The translations under genes and the position numbers were made by a program. From Octopus vulgaris (taxonomy: Eukaryota), in contig OX597815.1 in assembly GCA_951406725.2 (NCBI GenBank), positions 116,560,001-116,624,000 on the forward strand: a stretch of DNA of 64,000 bases, read 5' to 3'. Below the pieces are notes generated by a model. That model was not told the origin of the DNA. It worked only from the letters and a program-made list of their open reading frames with translations, and did not search any database. Positions within the stretch are counted from its first letter, which is position 1. Every line of letters starts with the position of its first letter. Positions 1 to 12,992 of the stretch are shown here, piece by piece.

Positions 1-128
1 CAAGTGGTTGGCATTAGGAAGGGCATCCAGCTGTAGAAACCATGCCACAACAAACAACTGCAGTCTGGACAGCTCCTGTCAAACCATCCAGCCCATGGTA
101 AAGAATATGGATGCTAAATGATGATGAT
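1..128 (+). mobile_element. 3' end of RTE-clade LINE / RTE-tailed SINE with (GAT)n tail
   Basis: gtggttggcattaggaagggcatccagctgtagaaac...cccatg...gctaaatgatgatgat. The same module recurs many times in the window (e.g. 1660-1799, 13533-13790, 32225-32490, 58385-58565). Confidence 0.75.
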
Positions 129-130
129 GG

Positions 131-228
<98 letters not shown>

Positions 229-316
229 CATATATATATATATATGTGTGTGTATATATATGTATGTATGTATGTATGTGTGTATGTATATATATATATA
301 TATATGTATATATATG
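131..316. repeat. (TA)n / (TG) / (TATG) compound microsatellite
   Basis: Directly visible simple repeat. Confidence 0.95.
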
Positions 317-410
317 TTAAAAATTGTGGTGCAATTAATTCATCTACTGTATTATGTGGGCAAGGGTAAAATTATTACCATAAATTAATAATACAAAATG
401 AGAAAATGGA

Positions 411-447
<37 letters not shown>

Positions 448-946
448 AGCAATAAGAGAGGGACCACATGTGGTCACTCTAACGCTAGAAATAGATCCGC
501 AAAGGGAATCCACCACTAAAGAATTGTTCTCAAGCAATTAATTCAACACTTCAAGAAATGTAAGGACATATATATATATACATATTTATATAGATGAAAT
601 TTACAGAAAAACAAAAGATGAAGACAGGTGTATGAACAACAAACAGGTGTATTAGTTTGATACTCAGGAAAGTAAGAAAGTCTTTTATGTAATATATATA
701 TATATATTATATGTATGGATCAATTTGTTTGACTAAACTGTTCTAGGTAGTGCCCCAGCATGGCCACAGCTCAATGACTGAAACAAATATATATACATAT
801 ATATGAAAATATGACAAGTTAATCCTTATTTTGATAGGTATTGTCTATCTTACACAGATTGTATGCATGTACATACAACTATACAAATAGTATATATATA
901 AAACACACACACACATATATGAATGTATATATGTGTGTTTGTGAGT

Positions 947-997
<51 letters not shown>

Positions 998-1589
998 ATC
1001 CTTTCCATATATATATTTATATCATTATACATAAATATTTTTAGTTGGCTCTCTATTTGCTTATAAGGAAACATACATACGTAAACTCACACATATACAT
1101 ACATATGGGTATATATAGCAACATATGACACACTAGTAAATACTATCCTCTCTCTCATTTTGCACTCCCATTTTGGTTGGTCAAATAATATATTGTTAAT
1201 ATTATCAAAATAGAAAAGAAATTGCAGTACCGAAGTTGCGCAAAAAAAAAATATATATAAATATATATAAAATAAAATAAATAGATGAAAATAGCTATAA
1301 ATAAAATGAAATAATATAAATAAAACATGAAAAAAAGAGCAACATATGAAAGAGTGCTACAGACAAGCAAGTATTTTTCTAGACAGAAAAACAACATAAG
1401 CTATTGCACATGTGCACATTTGGGAACCATGTGCATGTTTGCAGGTATGTATTTAGGTACATTTGCAAGTCTTAAGTACATACCCATTATGTATGCAGTT
1501 TTTTCTCATAATTACCATAAAAAAGTAAGCACTTCTATGTGTGCGCATGCGTGTGTGTGTGTATATGGGTGTGTGCATGTGTGTGTATG

Positions 1590-1640
<51 letters not shown>

Positions 1641-1800
1641 GAGAGAGAGCGAGAGAGAGGAAGGGCATCTAGTCATAGAAAACCATGCCAAATCAGACTG
1701 GAGTCTGGTGCAGCATTCCAGCATGCCAGCCCGGTCAAACCATCCAACCCATACCAGCATGGACAATGGACTTTAAATGATGATGATGATGATGATGATA

Positions 1801-2337
1801 TCTCTCTTATATAAAATCCATTCCGTCTGTCTGTCTGTGTGTGTGTCTTCTTGGATCTCGGGCATCCTCCATCCTATTGCACTCAAATTGCACTTATACA
1901 GGGCGTGTATAAGTCTTGAAAAAGTTACAAAAATCGATTCCAGGTGAGAATGCGATCGATAAAGCCGTTTTTGTCCTGCTTTTCTTCCATCGATCTGTAT
2001 ATATAACTGCACCTTCCATTTTTTGTTGTTTTTGTACTGCTTAAAGGCATGTTTCTTTCCCGCAAAACTTACTGTTTAAACCATGTTTGTGTTCTCCCAT
2101 TACTGGTACTTTAAACTCTTCGGTTGCATATTTGTATGAATAAAATCGTTTTTCTTTGGAATAGAAAAAAGTCTCTCTCTATTTCTTCTTTTGCTGGTGT
2201 CTCAAATTTAGGTTAAATCAGTGTTTCTCAAAGGGGAGGCCTATGGGACAGTCGGACAAGTTGTTTTGAGAAAATTTGGTTTAAATGTTTGACAACTCAG
2301 CACTGTCCATTGGCCGGGGGGGGGGAGTTTTGCTTGT
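1801..2337 (+). mobile_element. Putative non-autonomous Helitron-type element
   Basis: Starts A|TC (tctctcttatataaaa), followed by a (CTGT)n tract; ends in a G-rich stretch then CTTG|T (CTRR-like). More CpG than the flanks. Confidence 0.5.
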
Positions 2338-2365
2338 AGACACACACACACACACACACACACAC

Positions 2366-2515
2366 GGTAGGCTTCCACACAGTTTCCATCTATCAAATTC
2401 AATCACAGGATATTGGTCAACCCTGGGCAATAGTAGAAGACACTTGCCCGAGGTGCCACACAGTAGAACTGAACCTGGGACCATGTGGTTCTGAAATGAA
2501 CTTCTTAACTCCATA
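2366..2515 (-). mobile_element. tRNA-derived SINE (family S1), 5' half
   Basis: Reverse complement matches the head of the full copy at 21422-21833 (ccacatggtcccaggttcag...ggcacctcgggcaagtgtcttctactat). Confidence 0.75.
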
Positions 2516-2578
2516 ATCAACCAGCACTCACACACACAACACAAACATGCATGTGCACATACACACACATACACCCCT

Positions 2579-2686
<108 letters not shown>

Positions 2687-3799
2687 TGCTGTATGAATAA
2701 TTTATAATCATATTCCTCCATTTTGTAACCAGAGCATCGTTTTGTCTTGTAGTGTATGATATATGATTTGTTTATTTTTATGGGAGCACCATCTGTTGCA
2801 TCAGTTAGTTCTTGGTCTCTCAATCTTAATCTTTTAGGGTGCCTGTTATTAACTTATGTTTGTTTTACACATAGGATTTCCGTATCTAAATATTCTTTTG
2901 TGGTTGGAAATTTTAAATATTCTCTAAGAGATTATTTGACTAACCACAAACTTAAAGTTAGAATATATTGCATAAACACCAGAATGAAAAACGTTATCAA
3001 CATGTAACCACAAACCAGAAAAATACAGAACATACTTCAGATAACCAGTGTAATATACAAATTACTATATATATATATTTCAATATAAAGATAAAAGTTA
3101 TAAACTTCATGACTCAAACTGTTACATTAAACAAATATGCATGATTCTCTCTTGTCAGTGAACTATGTATTTAAAATAACAAGCCATTGTAGCTCATTGC
3201 AATATACTCAATGAAATAAACATAAATAGAAAAATATTAGTTAATAGTACTACAGCTTTATGTAGAATTCCACAAAGAATAAGAAGAATAATGGAAATTT
3301 TAGTAATGACATAATACAAACTAAAAATCAGCACACAGATACACCACACATGACAATATACGATGAAATCAACCAGGACTTGACCTTTGTATAAATTTTA
3401 ATGCTGCATTGATGATTTATCAGTTATAACAATATTCCTATGTTTCTTTGTGACTTACTGTCTGATGGCAAAGCTGTGGAGATCTTGAAATTTTAATGGA
3501 CCACTGGATTTAGAAAACCACAGACTAAACATGAAAGATTAAAAAGGATATATGAAGCATCTTTAACATAAAACGATCAACCTTGAACATCTTTGTATCT
3601 TTAATATAACACCATTATTTGTATTGTACTAAAGAAGATTGGAGGTGTATGATACTACTTGTATAGCAGTGACACTTTTTACTACTATGACATGATATCA
3701 AGACAAAAAAATACAAACTCACACTTGCTGTTCAAGCCTTGTAAGTGGATTTAGTAGACAGAAGTTGAAAGAAACCAGTCATATATGTATATGTATAAA

Positions 3800-3941
3800 A
3801 CATACATACATACATACATACATATATACATACATACATACATACATACATGCATACATACATGCATACATACATACATGCATACATACATGCATACATA
3901 CATACATACATGCATACATACATACATGCATACATACATAC
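3800..3941. repeat. (CATA)n microsatellite
   Basis: Directly visible; abuts an RLE LINE fragment. Confidence 0.95.
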
Positions 3942-4031
3942 AGGATAATCGCGAGGACAAAAAATAAGAACCCACAATATGGTAGAAGCCATAGTCACTC
4001 ATAATGAAAAGGAATACTGGTGGAATGTACC
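3942..4031 (+). mobile_element. RLE non-LTR retrotransposon fragment (CATA-associated family)
   Basis: Aligns by eye to 29929-30018; encodes ...MVEAIVTHNEKEYWWNVP. Confidence 0.8.
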
Positions 4032-4612
4032 TGCAATGGAAGTGAAGCTGAACCTTTGTAGAAGAAGCACACTTCTTTACCACTTGCTTTCTTCTAATTA
4101 AATTATTTTAAAAAATGCAGTGCTACTGATTTAATAAACAACAATCTGACACTCAGTTGATTCAAATATCTGCTTTCTCTTATAAAATTTTATGCAAAGG
4201 AATAAGTTCAAGAATTATTGCACTTTTGACTATTCTAGCACATATGAATCTCTTCAAGAAGCTGCATGTAACACATGGATACCAATAGCTGTATTTCCTA
4301 TGAGTGTCATTCATCTTGTGCCACTCACACTCGTTGATCCTAGGGAAGCACATACACCTCTAGGGCTTCTGATTGAGTGGAAGTGTGACCCAGATTCTGG
4401 CATTCTGCTTTATTTGTTTGAAATTCTCTTTTAGCTTGTCTTTAAAGCAGAGCCTGCAAGATTTTTTCCATATAGGGTTTGTTTTGAAATTCTTCACTCA
4501 GACATATGGACAGCATTCACAGTTTCACTTCACTGGAATTTGGAAAAGAAATGTTAAATCTCATCAAGCTGCACTGAGTGTAAAGGTGCTGGTTATTGAT
4601 GATCTTATCCAA

Positions 4613-4717
4613 TGTAGTGGTTAGAGTGTTGGGTTCACAATCCTAAGGTCATGGGTTCAATTCCTGGACTGAGAAACATGTTGTGTCCTTGAGCAAGGCA
4701 CTTCATTTCACATTGCT
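4613..4717 (+). mobile_element. tRNA-derived SINE head (family S4)
   Basis: A-box-like tagtggttagag and B-box-like ggttcaattcc, then ttgtgtccttgagcaaggcacttcatttcac. Related copies at 16676-16851(-), 37445-37660(+) and 56389-56620(+). Confidence 0.7.
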
Positions 4718-5094
4718 TTGTTATAATGAGTAGCAACCTAGCACTGGTCAAACCCTTTCTTCCTCCAGCTGTTACATCCAAGATGCTCCATTGAGACAAG
4801 AGTGTAAGACAGAGAATGTTTATATCTGTTCCCAACTACATAGGCACCTAAAAGAATTAGCTAAAGCATGACACATGCCACCAAGACATAGTTGCTTGTG
4901 AGTGATAGCTATGGTTGGTTATCAATCCAGGTAACATTACCAAGAGTTTACAATCATCACATATAGAAATTATTAAATACTCTTTCTTCTTTATGGAGTC
5001 CATACAGATCTGTAGGAATTATAACTTCTTTGCAGACATTCTGTTTGCTTTCGATAGACACATAATTCTTTTCAAAAGTGACCAGACCATTTAT

Positions 5095-5289
5095 GAATAC
5101 TGGTGGAATGTACCAGCGAAGACCTCAATAAAATGTAAGCTCAACAGAACTGATATAATGATTTGGGATAGAGAAAAGGAACTGTGCACAGTTGTAGAAA
5201 TTAGCTGCCCAGTGGATGTTAACATAAAGCTGAAGATCAGTGAAAAAGAGAACACCTACACTAAACTATTGAGAAATTTGTAGTTACTC
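5095..5289 (+). mobile_element. RLE non-LTR retrotransposon endonuclease fragment (CATA-associated family)
   Basis: EYWWNVPAKTSIKCKLNRTDIMIWDREKELCTVVEISCPVDVNIKLKISEKENTY is the NRPD...E...K-Y restriction-like endonuclease signature of R2/R4-type LINEs. Confidence 0.85.
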
Positions 5290-5790
5290 AGTAGAATACT
5301 TCATTGAACTTTCAAAATCTCTATAAAAGTAGGCTCCAGTGTTCCCAAAGAGAATGAAGACATCAGACAAAGCTCAAGAGACAAGTTACTTGGTTGATCA
5401 AATAATTGCCAAAAACAAAGAATGACATAGTATTGCTGAATGAACTATAAAGGAATCTTGCTGTGCTATTGTTCGAACAATGTTTGGACCTGAATTTGAG
5501 ATAGAAGTTAAAATTCTTCTGGTAGATGACACAATGGGAAAATGAATTCAAGATATGTCTGATGACATTAAGCTGCAAATGAAGAATATTTTTCAAGATA
5601 ATAACATGTTTGCATTGCAGTTAGATGAAACAACAGGTGTCAGTGAGTTAGCACAATTGATGATTTTTATATATTTCATTTATAATGATAGAATTATTGA
5701 GCAATTCTTGTGTTGTCTAGAACTTCCATTGAGAGCTAGAGGTGAAGACAACTTTCAAGCTTTAAATTCCTTCATGAAGGAAAATAATTT

Positions 5791-6109
5791 CAGCATGGAA
5801 GGTGTTTATAAGCCATTTAAGAAACACACAAAAACCGTTAGATTCACTTCAACTTTTAAATTTAATTTGTCAAAATATATATTCGTCGCTTTGAGACCGC
5901 GACCTGTTCACTAGCACGGAGTTTTGTCAGTGAACAGGTCGCAGTCTAAAAGCGATGAAAATATTTTGACAAATAAATTTAAAAGTTGAAGTGAATCTAA
6001 CGGTTTTTGTGTGTTTCTTAAATGGCTTATAAACACCTTCCACACTGCAATTGTTTTCGTTCCAGCACATGATCTCAGATCAGGTCACTTGCTATGCAAG
6101 TACATCTCT
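5791..6109. mobile_element. Inverted-repeat insertion (Penelope-like pLTR type) with 12-bp TSD
   Basis: TSD ggaaaataattt at 5779-5790 and 6110-6121. Arms of ~120 bp at 5791-5912 and 5929-6047. It interrupts the hAT ORF at KENN|LLW. Confidence 0.8.
5923..5973 (+). ncRNA. Minimal type I hammerhead ribozyme-like motif, G3-C8 core variant
   Basis: Stem I UUUGUCA/UGACAAA; core GUGAACA plus one extra G; stem II GUCGC/GCGAU; GAAA; palindromic stem III AAUAUU; UUU cleavage triplet. Folded by hand. Confidence 0.55.
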
Positions 6110-6995
6110 GGAAAATAATTTGTTATGGTTAAACTGTGTAGGAATATGCACAGATGGCACACTCTCAATGGTAGGTTCAGTAAAAGGTTTTACAACTTTA
6201 GCAAAATAAGACAATACAAATATAATTACTCACTGTTTTTGCATTGTTGGAATTGATTTATGAAGAGTTACAAATGAAGTGGTTCAAATGGTCAATTATA
6301 TCAAAAGTAGACCTCTTAAATCAAAATCATTTGCTCATATTTGTGAAGAAATATGAGCAAATTTCAAGAAACGTTTACTACACACAGGTTCATTGGCTTT
6401 CAAAAGGTTATGTGATACAAATTGTGCATACAAATTCAGAGATATGATGCTTAAACTTTTTGAAGAAAACGAACTGAATGAATTTCACAATCTGATTCAA
6501 GATGAACTTGGTGCACCAAATTGGCATATCTTTCAGACATATTTGAACATTGAATAAAATTAATACAGGCATGCAGGGAAAACTTGAAAATGCTTGATAG
6601 TGAAATGCAAGTGTTATTATCTATTATTCAACCTAAAATCCAAAATCTCTGTTCTTCCCATCAATCTCATGTATCTCATGTATGAAATAGTAAGTTAAAA
6701 AAGTTATTTTTTTTATTAATCCTTGCACATATTTACAGATTATTATTGATAAATGATAGCTCTTGAAGAAATGATTTCTCTTGAAGATGTATTTTATTTT
6801 GCTTACAAATTATATATTTATGAAATATAAATGAAAGGTTTTCTTGACACATTCTGCTATTAAAATTAATTTATGCATCTGCATTGTATAGCCATGGTAG
6901 ATTATATCAAAATAATTAACATTAGGTTTACATAAAACTTAAATTACGTATGTTTAAAAAGTGTGTCACTTACTGGAACAGTTTTGAAAACACTG

Positions 6996-7975
<980 letters not shown>

Positions 7976-8685
7976 ACACACATATATATACACATATATA
8001 TATACACATATACACACACACATATTCGTGTGTGCATGTGTGTGGATATGAAATACATGCGTATGCATGCGCATGTGTATCAGAGATATTTCTTACCTTG
8101 TTAAAGAGACTAATTTGTGATTATAACTTCAAGAGAGGGAAATCAGGTCTCAGAATGCAGTAACTGCAATTGAAGCTCAGCTGGATCTCATCAACTTGTG
8201 TGTGGTTAGAACCACACATACTCTTCCGACAGTATACATTTGCTAATCAGAGGTGGGGGATAAAAAACCATAACATATCATTGGCCACGTGAATTAATTA
8301 ATATGCAATAAAGTATTTCTCACCTGGCATTAAAATAATTTTGTGGTTTTTGCAAACTTAGAAAAAACCCAACTTCAGGGTCATCATCATCTTCTTTGCC
8401 ATTATCATCATCATCATCTTCTTTGTCATCATCATCATCATCATCATTACAATCATCATTTTTTTGCCTGCTTTTCCATGCTGGCATGCATTGTAAGGGA
8501 CATGTTAAGGTGGTGTCTTGTAGCCAGATGGCCTTCTTGATGCTAACTCTTCTAGTTATCTCATATATGCCATAGTAACACCTAACTAATCTAAAAGGCA
8601 GGACATGCATAGTATTTGATATAAATTAATTAATTCATATGTTCTCTACTTCATCCAATATATATATGCATGTGTTAGGTGTTTG

Positions 8686-8726
<41 letters not shown>

Positions 8727-8939
8727 TTAACATTTTTAAGACTCTCTAAAGGAGACTACGGCAGCGGTACTGGATATTAATAGTTATCACCAAGCTAATA
8801 TGGCAGTCCAGAAATATAGGACAAATGCTGCTGTTGATTAACTCCAAGAAGCCATCGCCTCTAGCTAGCTTATGTGACACACGAACCTGTGTCCATTATA
8901 ACCTTCAATCAGGGGAGGTCAGCCGCTTCCCCTTGCTGG

Positions 8940-8997
8940 TCAGCCATCTGCAGACTAGTTTCAGGGTATTTGCCCCTTATCAATGCAGAGCAGCTGA
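8940..8997 (-). ncRNA. Minimal type I hammerhead ribozyme, U3-A8 core variant
   Basis: Minus strand: UCUGCA-UUGAUAA-GGGG(CAAAUA)CCCU-GAAA-CUAG-UC|UGCAGA. Stem I extends as UCAGCUG/UGGCUGA; stem III is palindromic ACUAGU; GUC triplet. Confidence 0.8.
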
Positions 8998-9307
8998 ACC
9001 CAACAGGCATCACTACTAACTGTCTGTTCGAAGGATTATTTACCTAAATTCAGTGGAATACATCTACTACTTTTCAAAAATAGAAATATTGAAATTTCTA
9101 AGTCTCTCTAAGGGAGACTATGGCAGCGGTACTGGATATTAATAGTTATCATCAAACTAATATGGCAGTCCAGAAATATAGGACGAATGCTGCCATTGAT
9201 TAGCTCCAAGAGGCCATCGCCTCTAGCTAGCTATGTGACACACGAACTTGTGTCCATTATAACCTTTGAACAGGGGAGGTCAGCTGCTTCCCCTTGCTGG
9301 TCAGGCA

Positions 9308-9346
9308 TCTGCAGACTAGTTTCAGGGTATTTACCCCTTATCAATG
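9308..9346 (-). ncRNA. Second hammerhead copy (5' strand of stem I truncated)
   Basis: Minus strand: CA-UUGAUAA-GGGGUAAAUACCCU-GAAACUAGUC|UGCAGA, 361 nt from the first copy. Confidence 0.65.
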
Positions 9347-9907
9347 ATAATACATAATAAACACCATTCAAGCATGGGTCGATGTATGTGTTGCCTGAGT
9401 GGCTCCCCATGCCGGAGGCATTTAAAAAGCACCATCTGAATGTGGCCGATACCAGACCCCCCCCTCCGACTGGCTTCTGTGCTGGTGGCACATAAAAAGC
9501 ACCATCTCAACGTAGTCGATGCCAGTGCCACCTGACTGGCTCCCATGCTGGTTGTACATTAGTGGTCATTGTAAATTGTAGATTACAAATATCATGTGAA
9601 TTTTTAGACTATTCCCACTAACATTTTGGATATATGGATTCACCTTATTTTTAATTACTTATCTGCTATCCAACTGTTTTTTTAAATGATTAACCAAATT
9701 TGAGTCCTTATTTTAGTTTTACAAATATTTTTATTTTCATTTGCACAAATGTTTTACTTCACAACTTTTTTTCACTTCACAAAGCCTTTTTCTACATGCT
9801 TGCAAACTTTTTAAAAATACTATAACATTTTAAAAAAATATAGCATTACTTGATATGACCTCAAGTTCCATATGTAGGAAACATTTTAAACTTTCTCAAA
9901 TTTTTTG

Positions 9908-10342
9908 GCCCCCCGTGCCGGTGACACGTAAAAGCACCATCCGTTTCGTGGCCGTTTGCCAGCTCTGTCTGGCCCCCGTGTTGGTGGCACGTAAAAGCAC
10001 CATCCGTTCGTGTCCATTGCCAGCCTTGCCTGGCCCCCGTGTTGGTGGCACGTAAAAGCACCATCCGTTCGTGTCCGTTGCCAGCCTTGCCTGGCCCCGT
10101 GCCGGTGACACATAAAAGCATCATCCGTTCGTGGCCGTTTGCCAGCTCTGTCTGGCACCTGTGCAGGTGGCACGTAAAAAGCACCCACTACACTCACGGA
10201 GTGGTTGGCATTAGGAAGGGCATCCAGCCGTAGAAACACTGCCAGATCTGACTGGGCCTGATGAAGCCTTCCAGCTTCACAGACCCCAGTTGAACCGTCC
10301 AACCCATGCTAGCATGGAGAACGGACGCTAAACGATGATGAT
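9908..10342 (+). mobile_element. RTE 3' end / RTE-tailed SINE with internal ~63-bp tandem array (4-5 units)
   Basis: Repeated ggcccc(c)gtg..ggtg.cacgtaaaagcaccatccgttcgtg...gccagc, then the standard tail to gatgatgat. CpG-rich, so probably young. Confidence 0.85.
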
Positions 10343-12110
10343 TAATCGATTTTTTTTTACTGCTGAGGAGAGAAATGTGACTATTTGTATTGGCTAGAAA
10401 ATTCACCCAATACAAACACATTTCTTGAAATGATCATAAGGTTTTTTACTACTGCTTTTCTTTGGATTGTAATAGTGGAGTGTATGTAACCTAATATCTC
10501 GATGACTTTTTATGTATTTTGTATTTCAAAGATAAAAGGACTTGACCTACAAAAATCTGTCATCCACTTTGATTTATGTTATATTTTGCTCATATAGAGA
10601 ACTAATTAGGATCACTGCATCAAAGGTTTTCCTTTTTTCTTATTATCCTATATATATACATATACACACATATATGTATTTATATGTAATGTAAATGTGT
10701 GTATATGTATTGATATGTGAGCTTGTGTGTTTGAGGCTTGCACGGTTGCTTGCATTTGTACTCTATGACAATTGCTATAAGCAGTTTACTGTTGTCAGTT
10801 TCCCAGTCAACAGATTGTCTTTTGATTTTACACCTTCACAAATGTGTGAAATAAGAGGTCCCTTCCTTGAAGCATAGGTAAGGATTAGTGACAGGAAAGG
10901 AATCCAGCTGTAAAACAATGCCGAATATATATTGGTCTAATCCATGCAAGCATGGAAAAATGGACATAAATAAATGAACGAATGAATGAATATATATGCA
11001 CACACACACACACACACACATACACACACAAACACACACACACACACACACATGCATACACACATACACACACATTTACATATGTATGCATACACAAAGG
11101 TATAAATATATATGTGTGTGCATACACGTGTAAAATACACTCATGTATATATATATGTATATATATGTATATATACATATATATATGTGTGTGTGTGTGT
11201 GTGAGTGTGTGTAATTATATATATATACATCATTAAACTGAGTTTCAGTCATTTCTATTTTCTGATTTCATGACTCTAATTGTTAAGTTAGTCATACAGC
11301 CATCACTGGTATACTGATATGCAACTACAATACATCTACAAAAGATAACTATTGCAACATATTATATCATAAGACAAAGGGGAAAAAAAAAAGAACTTAT
11401 TTGATAAAGCGACTATTTTATTCAGATTACTCGTTCCTTGCTAATGCACATACCCACCCACCAAAAGCTAAAAAAAGAAAAAATTGCAGAGAAGCTGTAG
11501 TAACAACAAAATATAATTACCATGGTTCAATGACTTTGTTTTCTGAAAGAAATTTGATGTCAATATTCAGAAAGCAGTGATAATAAATGCGAAGCTGACA
11601 CAACATTGTCCCATGGTATTTACTTAAAAAACAGTAATAAAAACCAAGACTAGAAATCATATCATTTGAAAGATAAGACAGAGAAGATCTTAATATATGT
11701 GTAGATAAACATCAGATATTTACTTTATAGTTCCAAACAAAATATAAGGGACTAATAAGGACAACTGAAAAATGCCTTATAAAAAATATGATGGGGAGCA
11801 TATTCACTTCTTCAACAATATAAGCAAAACTATATATACATGCATATATAAATATACATACTTTCATGTGGATGTGTGCATATTTATATGTTTGCCATAT
11901 GTAAGACCTTAATTTCTTCAGATCATCTGTATAGTGTAACTCGGTCAATTTATAAGGAAACGTTCAGTATATTTATATCTACTTTGTTTTCAGCATTGTG
12001 TTTTTTAACATCGAGTTTTTTCTACATATCTAGAAATACATACACATACACACTTACACACATGCACACATATATACGTAGATCTAGATTTATACCCATC
12101 TACCTATATA

Positions 12111-12160
<50 letters not shown>

Positions 12161-12992
12161 TATATATATACACATTCATACATACACATTGTATATATAT
12201 ATATGGAAGAGTATACATATATTACATATAGCTACATATATATTACCTTTTATTTAATAAAATTATTTGTCCTTACCTTATGATGGAATCGAAAATACAC
12301 AGTTGCATTCTATATAAAGCAAAAGAATGATGATGCATTTCTAAGAAATTAATTCTTAATATCCGAAACCATTCCCCCACCTTGTTCTGTGAGAGTTGCT
12401 ACAAATCAATGTTAAGTTTTTGTTGTCTTTCTCTAATTAAAAGGCAAATTTATGTGCATTGAGGAGATATTTTAGCGCCAGTATCTTACCAGCACACACA
12501 AACACACACATATGTACACAAGAAATCTGAACAGACTTTTCCCTCAAGGCTCTGATAGAAAACACTTGCTCCAAGGTAGTGTGCAATGGGATCAAACCAG
12601 AACCAGGCAATTGTGTATTGGAGTCTTTAGCCACATAACCATACCTGTTTCAGCCTGAAGAGTAAAGTCCCAAAATGGATATAGTAGAAAACACTTCGCT
12701 AATGACTCAATTCATTCTGTTGAAATGCAACACCTATAAAATTGTTTATTAGATAAAACTATACATAATGCTCCATATGTGCCATGTTTTTAATAAAAAA
12801 ATAAGTAATTATCATATTTGATAGCATGTTTAAAATGTTTAAAAATATTACCCTAGGTCATATGCATGAAATTAGGCCAATATCACATGCTTTAATACAC
12901 TAAAAACTGTTTTTCCTGAATATGCTCTGCTGAAATTAGAATGTATTTAATATGCCCATGTGTTTTTATGCCATCAAATACAATACATTTAA

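Larger units (their letters stand above)
5290..6995 (+). mobile_element. Degraded hAT DNA transposon (Buster/Charlie; ZBED5/ZBED8/SCAND3-like transposase)
   Basis: KAQETSYLV..IAKNK.HSIAE; FALQLDETT..SELAQL; GICTDG..SMVG; ITHC; VHWLSKG; LAYLSDIF; C-terminal QSHVSH. Multiple stops and frameshifts. Right TIR reads CAGTGTTTTCAAAACTG on the minus strand, ending at 6995. Confidence 0.9.
8721..9346 (-). mobile_element. Head-to-tail ~361-bp tandem unit (1.7 copies) carrying hammerhead motifs (retrozyme / Penelope pLTR-like)
   Basis: 8722-8985 repeats at 9084-9346 with roughly 92% identity by eye. It abuts (TA)n at 8688-8720 and contains many internal hairpins. Confidence 0.85.

Noticed and set aside
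4190-4610. piggyBac C-terminal Cys-rich remnant on the minus strand
   Set aside because: Only scattered Cys/Trp resemblance, with stops; too weak to call.
5555-5914. Domesticated ZBED/SCAND3-type host gene
   Set aside because: Stops, frameshifts, an insertion and a retained TIR show it is a dead transposon.
9908-10185. CRISPR-like array
   Set aside because: Units are repeated in full with no unique spacers, there are no cas genes, and the array is part of a eukaryotic retroelement.
11340-11710. Cluster of WGATAA sites as an enhancer
   Set aside because: The motif is common in AT-rich DNA and there is no independent support.
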